This document shows, one piece after another, positions 10,871 to 24,060 of a stretch of DNA of 64,000 nucleotides. The position numbers and the translations under genes are program-made. Position 1 is the first letter of the stretch. Each line of letters starts with the position of its first letter. The notes beneath the pieces were generated by a model. That model was not told where the DNA came from. It was given only the letters and a program-made list of their open reading frames with translations, and did not search any database. Location: NCBI GenBank assembly GCA_964016885.1, contig OZ024742.1:374914001-374978000 (forward strand), read 5' to 3'. The DNA is from Eledone cirrhosa. Lineage: Eukaryota.

Positions 10871-13699
10871 TATGGTGACCTTACAGGGTGGTAGGGGCAT
10901 TGACAGTGTATGGTGACCTTACTGGGTGGTAGTTGTATTGAAAGTGTATGGTGACCTTACAGGGTGCTAGGGGTATTGACAGTGTATGGTGACCTTACAG
11001 GGTGGTAGGGGTATTGACAGTGTCTGGTGACCTTACAGGGTGGTAGGGGTATTGACAGAGTCTGGTGACCTTACAGGGTGGTAGGGGTATTGACAGTGTA
11101 TCGTGACCTTACAGGGTGGTAGGGGTATTGACAGTGTATGGTGACCTTACAGGGTGGTAGGGGCATTGACAGTGTCTGGTGACCTTACAGTGTGGTAGGG
11201 GCATTGACAGTGTCTGGTGACCTTACAGGGTGGTAGGGGTATTGACAGTGTCTGGTGACCTTACAGGGTGGTAGGGGCATTGACAGTGTATGGTGACCTT
11301 ACAGGGTGGTAGGGGCATTGACTGTGTATGGTGACATTACAGGGTGGTATGGGTATTGACAGTGTCTGGTTTCCTTACAGGGTGGTAGGGGTGTTGACAG
11401 TGTCTGGTGACCTTACAGGGAGGTAGGGGCATTGACAGTGTATGGTGACCTTACAGGGTGGTAGGGGTATTGACAGTGTATGGTGACCTTATAGGGTGGT
11501 AGGGGCATTGAGAGTGTCTGGTAAAGTTACAGGGTGGTAGTGGCATTGACAGTGTCTGGTGACCTTACAGGGTGGTAGGGGTATTGACAGCGTATGGTGA
11601 CCTTACATGGTGGTAGGGGTATTGACAGTGTATCGTGACCTTACAGGGTGGTAGGGGCATTGAGAGTGTCTGGTAACCTTACAGGGTGGTAGTGGCATTG
11701 ACAGTGTCTGCTGACCTTACTGGGTGGTAGGGGTATTGACAGTGTATGGTGACCTTACAGGGTACTAGGGGTGTTGACAGTGTCTGGTGACCTTACAGGG
11801 TGGTAGGGGTATTGACAGTGTCTGGTGACCTTGCAGGGTGGTAGGGGTATTGACAGTGTCTGGTGACCCTATAGGGTGGTAGGGGCATTGACAGTGTCTG
11901 GTGACCTTACAGGGTGGTAGGGGTATTGACAGTGTATGGTGACCTTACAGCGTGGTAGGGGTATTGACAGTGTATGGTGACCTTACAGGGTGGTAGGGGT
12001 ATTGACAGTGTCTGGTGACCTTACAGGGTGGTAGGGTTATTGACAGAGTCTGGTGACCTTACAGGGTGGTAGGGGTATTGACAGTGTCTGGTGACCTTAC
12101 AGGGTGGTAGGGGTATTGACAGTGTCTGGTGACCCTACAGGGTGGTAGGGTCATTGACAGTGTATGGTGACCTTACAGTGTAGTAGGGTTATTGACTGGG
12201 TCTGGTGACCTTACAGGGTGGTAGGGGTATTGACAGTGTCTGGTGACCTTACAGGGTGGTAGGGGCATTGACAGTGTCTAGTGACGCTACAGGGCGGTAG
12301 GGGCATTGAGAGTGTATTGTGACCTTGCAGGGTGGTAGGGATATTGACAGTGTATGGTGAACCTACAGGGGGGTAGGGGCATTGACAGTGTAAGGTGACC
12401 CTACAGGGTGGTAGGGGAATTGACAGTGTATGGTGACCCTACAGGGTGGTAGGGGTATTGACAGTGTATGGTGACCCTACAGGGTGGTAGGTGCATTGAT
12501 AGTGTCTGGTGAGCTTACAGGATGGTAGGGGTATTGATATTGTCTGGTGACCTTACAGGATAGTAGGGGTATTGATAGTGTCTGCTGACCTTACAGGATG
12601 GTAGGGTATTGACAGTGTATGGTGACCCTACAGGGTGGTAGGGGTATTGACAGTGTCTGGTGACCTTCCAGGGTGGTAGGGGCATTGACAGTGTCTGGTA
12701 ACCTTACATGGTGGTAGGGTTATTGACAGTGTATGGTGACCTTACAGGTTGGTAGGGGTATTGACAGTGTATCGTGACCTTACAGGGTGGTAGGTTTATT
12801 GACAGTGTATGGTGACCTTACAGGGTGGTAGGGGCATTGACAGTGTCTGATGACCTTACAGGGTGGTAGCGGTATTGACAGTGTATGGTGACCTTACAGG
12901 GTGGTAGGGGCATTGACAGTGTCTGATGACCTTACAGGGTGGTAGCGGTATTGACAGTGTCTGGTGACCCTACATGGGCGGTAGGGGCATTGACAGTGTA
13001 TGGTGACCTTACAGGGTGGTAGGTGTATTGACAGTGTATGGTGACCCTACAGGGTGCTAGGGGCATTGACAGTGTATGGTGAACCTATAGGGTGGTAGGG
13101 GCATTGACAGTGTATGGGGACCTTACAGGGTGGTAGGGCTATTGACAGTGTATCGTGACCTTACAGGGTGGTAGGGGTATTGACAGTGTATGGTGACCTT
13201 ACAGGGTGGTAGGGGCATTGACAGTGTCTGGTGACCTTACAGTGTGGTAGGGGCATTGACAGTGTCTGGTGACCTTACAGGGTGGTAGGGGTATTGACAG
13301 TGTCTGGTGACCTTACAGGGTGGTAGGGGCATTGACAGTGTATGGTGACCTTACAGGGTGGTAGGGGCATTTACAGTGTATGGTGACATTACAGGGTGGT
13401 ATGGGTATTGACAGTGTCTGGTGACCTTACAGGGTGGTAGGGGTGTTGACAGTGTCTGGTGACCTTACTGGGTGGTAGGGGCATTGACAGTGTATGGTGA
13501 CCTTACAGGGTGGTAGGGGTATTGACAGTGTATGGTGACCTTACAGGGTGGTAGGGGCATTGAGAGTGTCTGGTAACCTTACAGGGTGGTAGTGGCATTG
13601 ACAGTGTCTGGTGACCTTACAGGGTGGTAGAGGTATTCACAGTGTATGGTGACCTTACAGGGTGCTAGGGGTGTTGACAGTGTCTGGTGACCTTACAGG

Positions 13700-16600
13700 G
13701 TGGTAGGGACATTGACAGTGTATGGTGACCTTACAGTGTGGTAGGGTTATTGACTGGGTCTGGTTACCTTACAGGGTGGTAGGGGTATTGACAGTGTCTG
13801 GTGACCTTACAGGGTGGTAAGGGCATTGACAGTGTCTAGTGACGTAACAGGGCGGTAGGGGCATTGACAGTGTATTGTGACCTTGCAGGGTGGTAGGGAT
13901 ATTGACAGTGTATGGTGACACTACAGGGTGGTAGGGGCATTGACAGTGTAAGGTGACCCTACAGGGTGGTAGGGGAATTGACAGTGTATGGTGACCCTAC
14001 AGGGTGGTAGGGGTATTGACAGTGTATGGTGACCCTACAGGGGGGTAGGGGCATTGACAGTGTATGGTGGCCCTACAGGGTGGTAGGGGTATTGACAGTG
14101 TATGGTGACCCTACAGGGTGGTAGGGGTATTGACAGTGTCTCGTGACCTTACAGGGTGGTAGGGGTATTGACAGTGTATGGTGACCCTACAGGGTGGTTG
14201 GGGTATTGACAGTGTATGGTGACCCTACAGGGTGGTAGGGGTATTGATAGTGTATGGTGACCCTACAGCGTGGTATGGTTATTGACACTGTCTGGTGACC
14301 CTATCGAGTGTTAAGGGCATTGACAGTGTATGGTGCCCTTACAGGTAGGTAGGGGCATTGACAGTGTCTGGTGACCTTACAGGGTGGTAGGGGCATTGAC
14401 AATGTCTGGTGACCTTACAGGGTTGTAGGGGCATTGACAGTGTCAGGTGACCTTACAGGGTGGTAGGAGTATTGACAGTGTCTGGTGACCTTACAGCGTG
14501 GTAGGGGTATTGACAGTGTCTGGTGACCTTACAGAGTGGTAGGGACATTGACATTTTCTGGTGACCTTACAGGGTGGTAGGGGCATTGACAGTGTGTGGT
14601 GACCCTACAGGGTGTTGGGGGCATTGAGAGTGTCTGGTGACCTTACAGGGTGGTAGGGGTCTTGACAGTGTCTGGTGAACTTACAGGGTGGTAGGGGTAT
14701 TGACAGTGTCTGGTGACCTTACAGGGTGGTAGGGGTATTGACAGTGTCTGGTGACCTTACAGGGTGGTAGGGGTGTTGACAGTGTCTGATGACCTTACAC
14801 GGTGGTAGGGGTATTGACAGTGTCTGGTGACGTTACAGGGTGGTAGGGGTATTGACAGTGTTTGGTGACGTTACAGGGTGGTAGGGGAATTGACAGTGTA
14901 TGGTGACCTTACAGGGTGGTTGGGGCATTGACAGTGTCTGATGACCTTACAGGGTGGTAGGGGTGTTGACAGTGTCTGATGATCTTACAGGGTGGTAGGG
15001 GTATTGACAGTGTCTGGTGACCTTACAGGGTGGTAGGGGTATTGACAGTGTTTGGTGATCTTACAGGGTGGTAGGGGCATTGAGAGTGTCTGTTGACACT
15101 ACAGGGTGGTAGGGGTATTGACAGTGTCTGGTGACCTTACAGGGTGGTAGGGGCATTGACAGTGTCTGGTGACCTTACATTGTGGTAGGGTTATTGATAG
15201 TGTCTGCTGACCTTACAGGGTGGTAGGGTTGTTGACAGTGTCTGGTGACCCTATAGGGTGGTAGGGGTATTGACAGAGTCTGGTAACCCTATTGTGTGGT
15301 AGGGGTATTGACAGTGTCTGGTGATCTTACAGGGTGGTAAGGGCATTGACAGTGTATGGTGACCCTACAGGATGGTAGGGGTGTTGACAGTGTCTGGTGA
15401 CCTTACAGGTTGGCAGGATTATTGACAGTGTATGGTGACCTTACAGGGTGGTAGGGGCATTGACAGTGTATGGTGACCCTACAGGATGGTAGGCGTATTG
15501 ATAGTATTTGGTGACCTTACAGGATGATTGGGGTATTGATAGTGTCTGCTGACCTTACAGGATGGTAGGGGTATTGACAGTGTATGGTGACCCTACAGGG
15601 TGGTAGGGGTATTGACAGTGTCTGGTGACCTTACAGGGTGGTAGGGGCATTGACAGTGTCTGGTGACCTTACATGGTGGTAGGGTTATTGACAGTGTATG
15701 GTGACCTTACAGGGTGGTAGGGGTATTGACATTGTATCGTGACCTTACAGGGTGGTAGGGGTATTGACAGTGTATGGTGACCTTACAGGGTGGTAGGGGC
15801 ATTGACAGTGTCTGATGACCTTACAGGGTGGTAGGGGTATTGACAGTGTCTGGTGACCCTACAGGGCGGTAGGGGCATTGACAGTGTATGGTGACCTTAC
15901 AGGGTGCTAGGGGCATTGACAGTGTATGGTGACCCTATAGGGTGGTAGGGGCATTGACAGTGTATGGGGACCTTACAGGGTGGTAGGAGTATTGACAGTG
16001 TCGGTGACCTTACAGGGTGGTAGGGGTATTGACAGTGTATGGTGACCTTACAGGGTGGTAGGGGCATTGACAGTGTATGGTGACCTTACAAGGTGGTAGG
16101 GGTATTGAAAGTGTATGGTGACCTTACAGGGTGCTAGGGGTATTGACAGTGTATGGTGACCTTACAGGGTGGTAGGGGTATTGACAGTGTATCGTGACCT
16201 TACAGGTAGGTAGGGATATTGACAGTGTATGGTGACCTTACAGGGTGGTAGGGGCATTGACAGTGTCTGGTGACCTTACAGTGTGGTAGGGGCATTGACA
16301 GTGTCTGGTGACCTTACAGGGTGGTAGGGGTATTGACAGTGTCTGGTGAACTTACAGGGTGGTAGGGGCATTGACAGTGTATGGTGACCTTACAGGGTGG
16401 TAGGGGCATTGACAATGTATGGTGACATTACAGGGTGGTATGGGTATTGACAGTGTCTGGTGACCTTACAGGGTGGTAGGGGTGTTGACAGTGTCTGGTG
16501 ACCTTACAGGGTGGTAGAGGCATTGACAGTGTCTGGTCACCTTACAGGGTGGTAGGGGCATTGCCAGTGTATGGTGACCTTACAGGGTGGTAGGGGTATT

Positions 16601-19600
16601 GACAGTGTATGGTGACCTTACAGGGCGCTAGGGGTGTTGACAGTGTCTGGTGACCTTACAGGGTGGTAGGGGTATTGACAGTGTCTGGTGACCCTACAGG
16701 GTAGTAGGGGTATTGACAGTGTCTGGTGACCTTGCAGGGTGGTAGGGGTGTTGACAGTGTCTGGTGACCCTATAGGGTGGTAGGGGCCTTGACAGTGTCT
16801 GGTGACCTTACAGGGTGGTAGGGGTGTTGACAGTGTCTGGTGACCTTACAGGGAGGTAGGGGCATTGAAAGTGTATGGTGACCTTACAGGGTGGTAGGGG
16901 TATTGACAGTGTATGGTGACCTTACAGGGTGGTAGGGGCATTGAGAGTGTCTGGTAACCTTACAGGGTGGTAGTGGCATTGACAGTGTCTGGTGACCTTA
17001 CAGGGTGGTAGGGGTATTGACAGTGTATGGTGACCTTACATGGTGGTAGGGGTATTGACAGTGTATCGTGACCTTACAGGGTGGTAGGGGTATTGACAGT
17101 GTATGGTGACCTTACAGGGTGGTAGGGGCATTGACAGTGTCTGGTGACTTTACAGTGTGGTAGGGGCATTGACAGTGTCTGGTGACCTTACAGGGTGGTA
17201 GGGGTATTGACAGTGTCTGGTGACCTTACAGGGTGGTAGGGGCATTCACAGTGTCTGGTTACCTTACAGGGTGGTAGGGGCATTGACAGTGTCTGGTGAC
17301 CTTACAGGGTGGTAGGGACATTGACAGTGTATGGTGACCTTACAGGGTGGTAGGGGTATTCACAGTGTCTGGTTACCTTACAGGGTGGTAGGGGTATTGA
17401 CAGTGTCTGGTGACCTTACAGGGTGGTAGGGGCATTGACAGTGTCTAGTGACGCTACAGGTCGGTAGGGGCATTGACAGTGTATTGTGACCTTGCAGGGT
17501 GGTAGGGGCATTGACAGTGTAAGGTGACCCTACAGGGTGGTAGGGGAATTGACAGTGTATGGTGACCCTACAGGGTGGTAGGGGTATTGACAGTGTATGG
17601 TGAACCTACAGGGTGGTAGGGGCATTGACAGTGTATGGTGGCCCTACAGGGTGGTAGGGGTATTGACAGTGTATGGTGACCCTACAGGGTGGTAGGGGTA
17701 TTGACAGTGTCTCGTGACCTTACAGGGTGGTAGGGGTATTGACAGTGTATGGTGACCCTACAGGGTGGTTGGGGTATTGACAGTGTATGGTGACCCTACA
17801 GGGTGGTAGGGGTATTGATAGTGTATGGTGACCCTACAGGGTGGTAGGGTTATTGACAGTGTCTGGTGACCCTATCGAGTGTTAAGGGCATTGACAGTGT
17901 ATGGTGCCCTTACAGGTAGGTAGGGGCATTGACAGTGTCTGGTGACCTTACAGGGTGGTAGGGGCATTGACAATGTCTGGTGACCTTACAGGGTTGTAGG
18001 GGCATTGACAGTGTCAGGTGACCTTACAGGGTGGTAGGAGTATTGACAGTGTCTGGTGACCTTACAGGGTGGTAGGGGTATTGACAGTGTCTGGTGACCT
18101 TACAGAGTGGTAGGGACATTGACATTTTCTGGTGACCTTACTGGGTGGTAGGGACATTGACAGTGTGTGGTGACCCTACAGGGTGTTGGGGGCATTGAGA
18201 GTGTCTGGTGACCTTACAGGGTGGTAGGGGTCTTGACAGTGTCTGGTGAACTTACAGGGTGGTAGGGGTATTGACAGTGTCTGGTGACCTTACAGGGTGG
18301 TAGGGGTATTGACAGTGTCTGGTGACCTTATAGGGTGGTAGGGGTGTTGACAGTGTCTGATGACCTTACACGGTGGTAGGGGTATTGACAGTGTCTGGTG
18401 ACGTTACAGGGTGGTAGGGGTATTGACAGTATTTGGTGACGTTACAGGGTGGTAGGGGAATTGATAGTGTATGGTGACCTTACAGGGTGGTTGGGGCATT
18501 GACAGTGTCTGATGACCTTACAGGGTGGTAGGGGTGTTGACAGTGTCTGATGATCTTACAGGGTGGTAGGGGTATTGACAGTGTCTGGTGACCTTACAGG
18601 GTGGTAGGGGTATTGACAGTGTTTGGTGATCTTACAGGGTGGTAGGGGCATTGAGAGTGTCTGTTGACACTACAGGGTGGTAGGGGTATTGACAGTGTAT
18701 GGTGACGCTACAGGGTGGTAGGGGTATTGACAGTGTATGGTGAACTTACAGGGTGGTAGGGGTATTGACAGTGTATGGTGACCCTACAGGGTGGTAGGGG
18801 TATTGACAGTGTCTGGTGACCTTACAGGGATGTAGGGGCATTGACAGTGTCTGGTGATCTTACAGGGTGGTAGGGGCATTGACAGTGTATGGTGACGCTA
18901 CAGGGTGGCAGGGGCGTTGACGATGTCTGGTGAACATACAGGGTGGTAGGGGTGTTGACAGTGTATGGTGACCCTATAGGGTGGTAGGGGTATTGACAGT
19001 GTCTGGTGACCTTACAGGGTGGTAGGAGCATTGACAGTGTCTGGTGACCTTACATGGTGGTAGGGTTATTGATAGTGTCTGCTGACCTTACAGGATGGTA
19101 GGGGTATTGACAGTGTATGGTGACCCTACAGGGTGGTAGGGGTATTGACAGTGTCTGGTGACCTTACAGGGTGGTAGGGGCATTGACAGTGTCTGGTGAC
19201 CTTACATGGTGGTAGGGTTATTGATAGTGTCTGCTGACCTTACAGGGTGGTAGGGTTGTTGACAGTGTATGGTAACCCTATAGGGTGGTAGGGGTATTGA
19301 CAGCGTCTGGTGACCCTAAAGGGTGGTAGGGGTATTGACAGAGTCTGGTGACCCTATTGTGTGGTTGGGGTATTGACAGTGTCTGGTGATCTTACAGGGT
19401 GGTAGGGGCATTGACAGTGTATGGTGACCCTACAGGATGGTAGGGGTATTGATAGTGTCTGGTGACCTTACAGAATGGTAGGGGCATTGACAGTGTCTGG
19501 TGACCTTACAGGTTGGCAGGATTATTGACAGTGTATGGTGACCTTACAGGGTGGTAGGGGCATTGACAGTGTATGGTGACCCTACAGGATGGTAGGGGTA

Positions 19601-21060
19601 TTGATAGTATCTGGTGACCTTACAGGATGATAGGGGTATTGATAGTGTCTGCTGACCTTACAGGATGGTGGGGGTATTGACAGTGTATGGTGACCCTACA
19701 GGGTGGTAGGGGTATTGACAGTGTCTGGTGACCTTACAGGGTGGTAGGGGCATTGACAGTGTCTGGTGACCTTACATGGTGGTAGGGTTATTGACAGTGT
19801 ATGGTGACCTTACAGGGTGGTAGGGGTATTGACAGTGTATGGTGACCTTACAGGGTGGTAGGGGCATTGACAGTGTCTGATGACCTTAAAGGGTGGTAGG
19901 GGTATTGACAGTGTCTGGTGACCCTACAGGGCGGTAGGGGCATTGACTGTGTATGGTGACCTTACAGGGTGCTAGGGGCATTGCCAGTGTATGGTGACCC
20001 TATAGGGTGGTAGGGGCATTGACAGTGTATGGGGACCTTACAGGGTGGTAGGAGTATTGACAGTGTCGGTGACCTTACAGGGTGGTAGGGGTATTGACAG
20101 CGTATGGTGACCTTACAGGGTGGTAGGGGCATTGACAGTGTATGGTGACCTTACAGGGTGGTAGGGGTATTGAAAGTGTATGGTGACCTTACAGGGTGCT
20201 AGGGGTATTGACAGTGTATGGTGACCTTACAGGGTGGTAGGGGTATTGACAGTGTCTGGAGACATTACAGGGTGGTAGGGGTATTGACAGAGTCTGGTGA
20301 CCTTACAGGGTGGTAGGGGTATTGACAGTGTATGGTGACCTTACAGGGTGGTAGAGGTATTGACAGTGTATCGTGACCTTACAGGTAGGTAGGGATATTG
20401 ACAGTGTATGGTGACCTTACAGGGTGGTAGGAGCATTGACAGTGTTTGGTGACCTTACAGGGTGGTAGGGGTATTGACAGTGTCTGGTGAACTTACAGGG
20501 TGGTAGGGGCATTGACAGTGTATGGTGACCTTACAGGGTGGTAGGGGCATTGACAATGTATGGTGACATTACAGGGTGGTATGGGTATTGACAGTGTCTG
20601 GTGACCTTACAGGGTGGTAGGGGTGTTGACAGTGTCTGGTGACCTTACAGGGTGGTAGAGCCATTGACAGTGTCTGGTCACCTTACAGGGTGGTAGGGGC
20701 ATTGCCAGTGTATGGTGACCTTACAGGGTGGTAGGGGTATTGACAGTGTATGGTGACCTTACAGGGTGGTAGGGGCATTGAGAGTGTCTGGTGACCTTAC
20801 AGGGTGGTAGTGGCATTCACAGTGTCTGGTGACCTTACAGGGTGGTAGGGGTATTGACAGTGTATGGTGACCTTACAGGGTGCTAGGGGTGTTGACAGTG
20901 TCTGGTGACCTTACAGGGTGGTAGGGGTATTGACAGTGTCTGGTGACCCTACAGGGTAGTAGGGGTATTGACAGTGTCTGGTGACCTTGCAGGGTGGTAG
21001 GGGTGTTGACAGTGTCTGGTGACCCTATAGGGTGGTAGGGGCCTTGACAGTGTCTGGTGA
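13700..21060. repeat. Imperfect tandem duplication of a ~3.6-kb block (~13.7-17.3 kb and ~17.3-21.06 kb) with monomer gains in the second copy
   Basis: CTATCGAG at 14301/17872 and ACATTTTCT at 14551/18122 (+3571 = 94 units -1). TGGCAGGATT at 15411/19514 (+4103 = 108 units -1). ACAGGTAGGTAGGGATA at 16202/20381 (+4179 = 110 units -1). Confidence 0.85.
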
Positions 21061-24060
21061 CCTTACAGGGTGGTAGGGGTATTGACATTGTATCGTGACC
21101 TTACAGGGTGGTAGGGGTATTGACAGTGTATGGTGACCTTACAGGGTGGTAGGGGCATTGACAGTGTCTGATGACCTTACAGGGTGGTAGGGGTATTGAC
21201 AGTGTCTGGTGACCCTACAGGGCGGTAGGGGCATTGACAGTGTATGGTGACCTTACAGGGTGCTAGGGGCATTGACAGTGTATGGTGACCCTATAGGGTG
21301 GTAGGGGCATTGACAGTGTATGGTGACCTTACAAGGTGGTAGGGGTATTGAAAGTGTATGGTGACCTTACAGGGTGCTAGGGGTATTGACAGTGTATGGT
21401 GACCTTACAGGGTGGTAGGGGTATTGACAGTGTCTGGAGACCTTACAGGGTGGTAGGGGTATTGACAGAGTCTGGTGACCTTACAGGGTGGTAGGGGTAT
21501 TGACAGTGTATGGTGACCTTACAGAGTGGTAGGGGTATTGACAGTGTATCGTGACCTTACAGGTAGGTAGGGATATTGACAGTGTATGGTGACCTTACAG
21601 GGTGGTAGGGGCATTGACAGTGTCTGGTGACCTTACAGTGTGGTAGGGGCATTGACAGTGTCTGGTGACCTTACAGGGTGGTAGGGGTATTGACAGTGTC
21701 TGGTGAACTTACAGGGTGGTAGGGGCATTGACAGTGTATGGTGACCTTACAGGGTGGTAGGGGCATTGACAATGTATGGTGACATTACAGGGTGGTATGG
21801 GTATTGACAGTGTCTGGTGACCTTACAGGGTGGTAGGGGTGTTGACAGTGTCTGGTGACCTTACAGGGTGGTAGAGGCATTGACAGTGTCTGGTCACCTT
21901 ACAGGGTGGTAGGGGCATTGCCAGTGTATGGTGACCTTACAGGGTGGTAGGGGTATTGACAGTGTATGGTGACCTTACAGGGCGCTAGGGGTGTTGACAG
22001 TGTCTGGTGACCTTACAGGGTGGTAGGGGTATTGACAGTGTCTGGTGACCCTACAGGGTAGTAGGGGTATTGACAGTGTCTGGTGACCTTGCAGGGTGGT
22101 AGGGGTGTTGACAGTGTCTGGTGACCCTATAGGGTGGTAGGGGCCTTGACAGTGTCTGGTGACCTTACAGGGTGGTAGGGGTGTTGACAGTGTCTGGTGA
22201 CCTTACAGGGAGGTAGGGGCATTGAAAGTGTATGGTGACCTTACAGGGTGGTAGGGTTATTGACAGTGTATGGTGACCTTACAGGGTGGTAGGGGCATTG
22301 AGAGTGTCTGGTAACCTTACAGGGTGGTAGTGGCATTGACAGTGTCTGGTGACCTTACAGGGTGGTAGGGGTATTGACAGTGTATGGTGACCTTACATGG
22401 TGGTAGGGGTATTGACAGTGTATCGTGACCTTACAGGGTGGTAGGGGTATTGACAGTGTATGGTGACCTTACAGGGTGGTAGGGGCATTGACAGTGTCTG
22501 GTGACCTTACAGTGTGGTAGGGGCATTGACAGTGTCTGGTGACCTTACAGGGTGGTAGGGGTATTGACAGTGTCTGGTGACCTTACAGGGTGGTAGGGGC
22601 ATTCACAGTGTCTGGTTACCTTACAGGGTGGTAGGGGCATTGACAGTGTCTGGTGACCTTACAGGGTGGTAGGGACATTGACAGTGTATGGTGACCTTAC
22701 AGGGTGGTAGGGGTATTCACAGTGTCTGGTTACCTTACAGGGTGGTAGGGGTATTGACAGTGTCTGGTGACCTTACAGGGTGGTAGGGGCATTGACAGTG
22801 TCTAGTGACGCTACAGGGCGGTAGGGGCATTGACAGTGTATTGTGACCTTGCAGGGTGGTAGGGATATTGACAGTGTATGGTGACACTACAGGGTGGTAG
22901 GGGCATTGACAGTGTCTGGTGAACTTACAGGGTGGTAGGGGCATTGACAGTGTATGGTGACCTTACAGGGTGGTAGGGGTATTGACAGTGTCTGGTGACC
23001 CTACAGGGCGGTAGGGGCATTGACTGTGTATGGTGACCTTACAGGGTGCTAGGGGCATTGACAGTGTATGGTGACCCTATAGGGTGGTAGGGGCATTGAC
23101 AGTGTATGGGGACCTTACAGGGTGGTAGGAGTATTGACAGTGTCAGTGACCTTACAGGGTGGTAGGGGTATTGAAAGTGTATGTTGACCTTACAGGGTGC
23201 TAGGGGTATTGACAGTGTATGGTGACCTTACAGGGTGGTAGGGGTATTGACAGTGTCTGGAGACATTACAGGGTGGTAGGGGTATTGACAGAGTCTGGTG
23301 ACCTTACAGGGTGGTAGGGGTATTGACAGTGTATGGTGACCTTACAGGGTGGTAGGGGTATTGACAGTGTATCGTGACCTTACAGGTAGGTAGGGATATT
23401 GACAGTGTATGGTGACCTTACAGGGTGGTAGGGGCATTGACAGTGTTTGGTGACCTTACAGGGTGGTAGGGGTATTGACAGTGTCTGGTGAACTTACAGG
23501 GTGGTAGGGGCATTGACAGTGTATGGTGACCTTACAGGGTGGTAGGGGCATTGACAATGTATGGTGACATTACAGGGTGGTATGGGTATTGACAGTGTCT
23601 GGTGACCTTACAGGGTGGTAGGGGTGTTGACAGTGTCTGGTGACCTTACAGGATGGTAGAGGCATTGACAGTGTCTGGTCACCTTACAGGGTGGTAGGGG
23701 CATTGCCAGTGTATGGTGACCTTACAGGGTGGTAGGGGTATTGACAGTGTATGGTGACCTTACAGGGTGGTAGGGGCATTGAGAGTGTCTGGTGACCTTA
23801 CAGGGTGGTAGTGGCATTCACAGTGTCTGGTGACCTTACAGGGTGGTAGGGGTATTGACAGTGTATGGTGACCTTACAGGGTGCTAGGGGTGTTGACAGT
23901 GTCTGGTGACCTTACAGGGTGGTAGGGGTATTGACAGTGTCTGGTGACCCTACAGGGTAGTAGGGGTATTGACAGTGTCTGGTGACCTTGCAGGGTGGTA
24001 GGGGTGTTGACAGTGTCTGGTGACCCTATAGGGTGGTAGGGGCCTTGACAGTGTCTGGTG
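21060..24060. repeat. Mosaic of two earlier segments: ~21.07-22.9 kb resembles ~15.7-17.5 kb, and ~22.97-24.06 kb resembles ~19.9-21.06 kb
   Basis: ATTGTATCG at 15731/21087 (+5356) and TTGCCAG at 16561/21918 (+5357). GACTGTG at 19945/23022 (+3077) and TTGCCAG at 20702/23703 (+3001). Confidence 0.8.
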
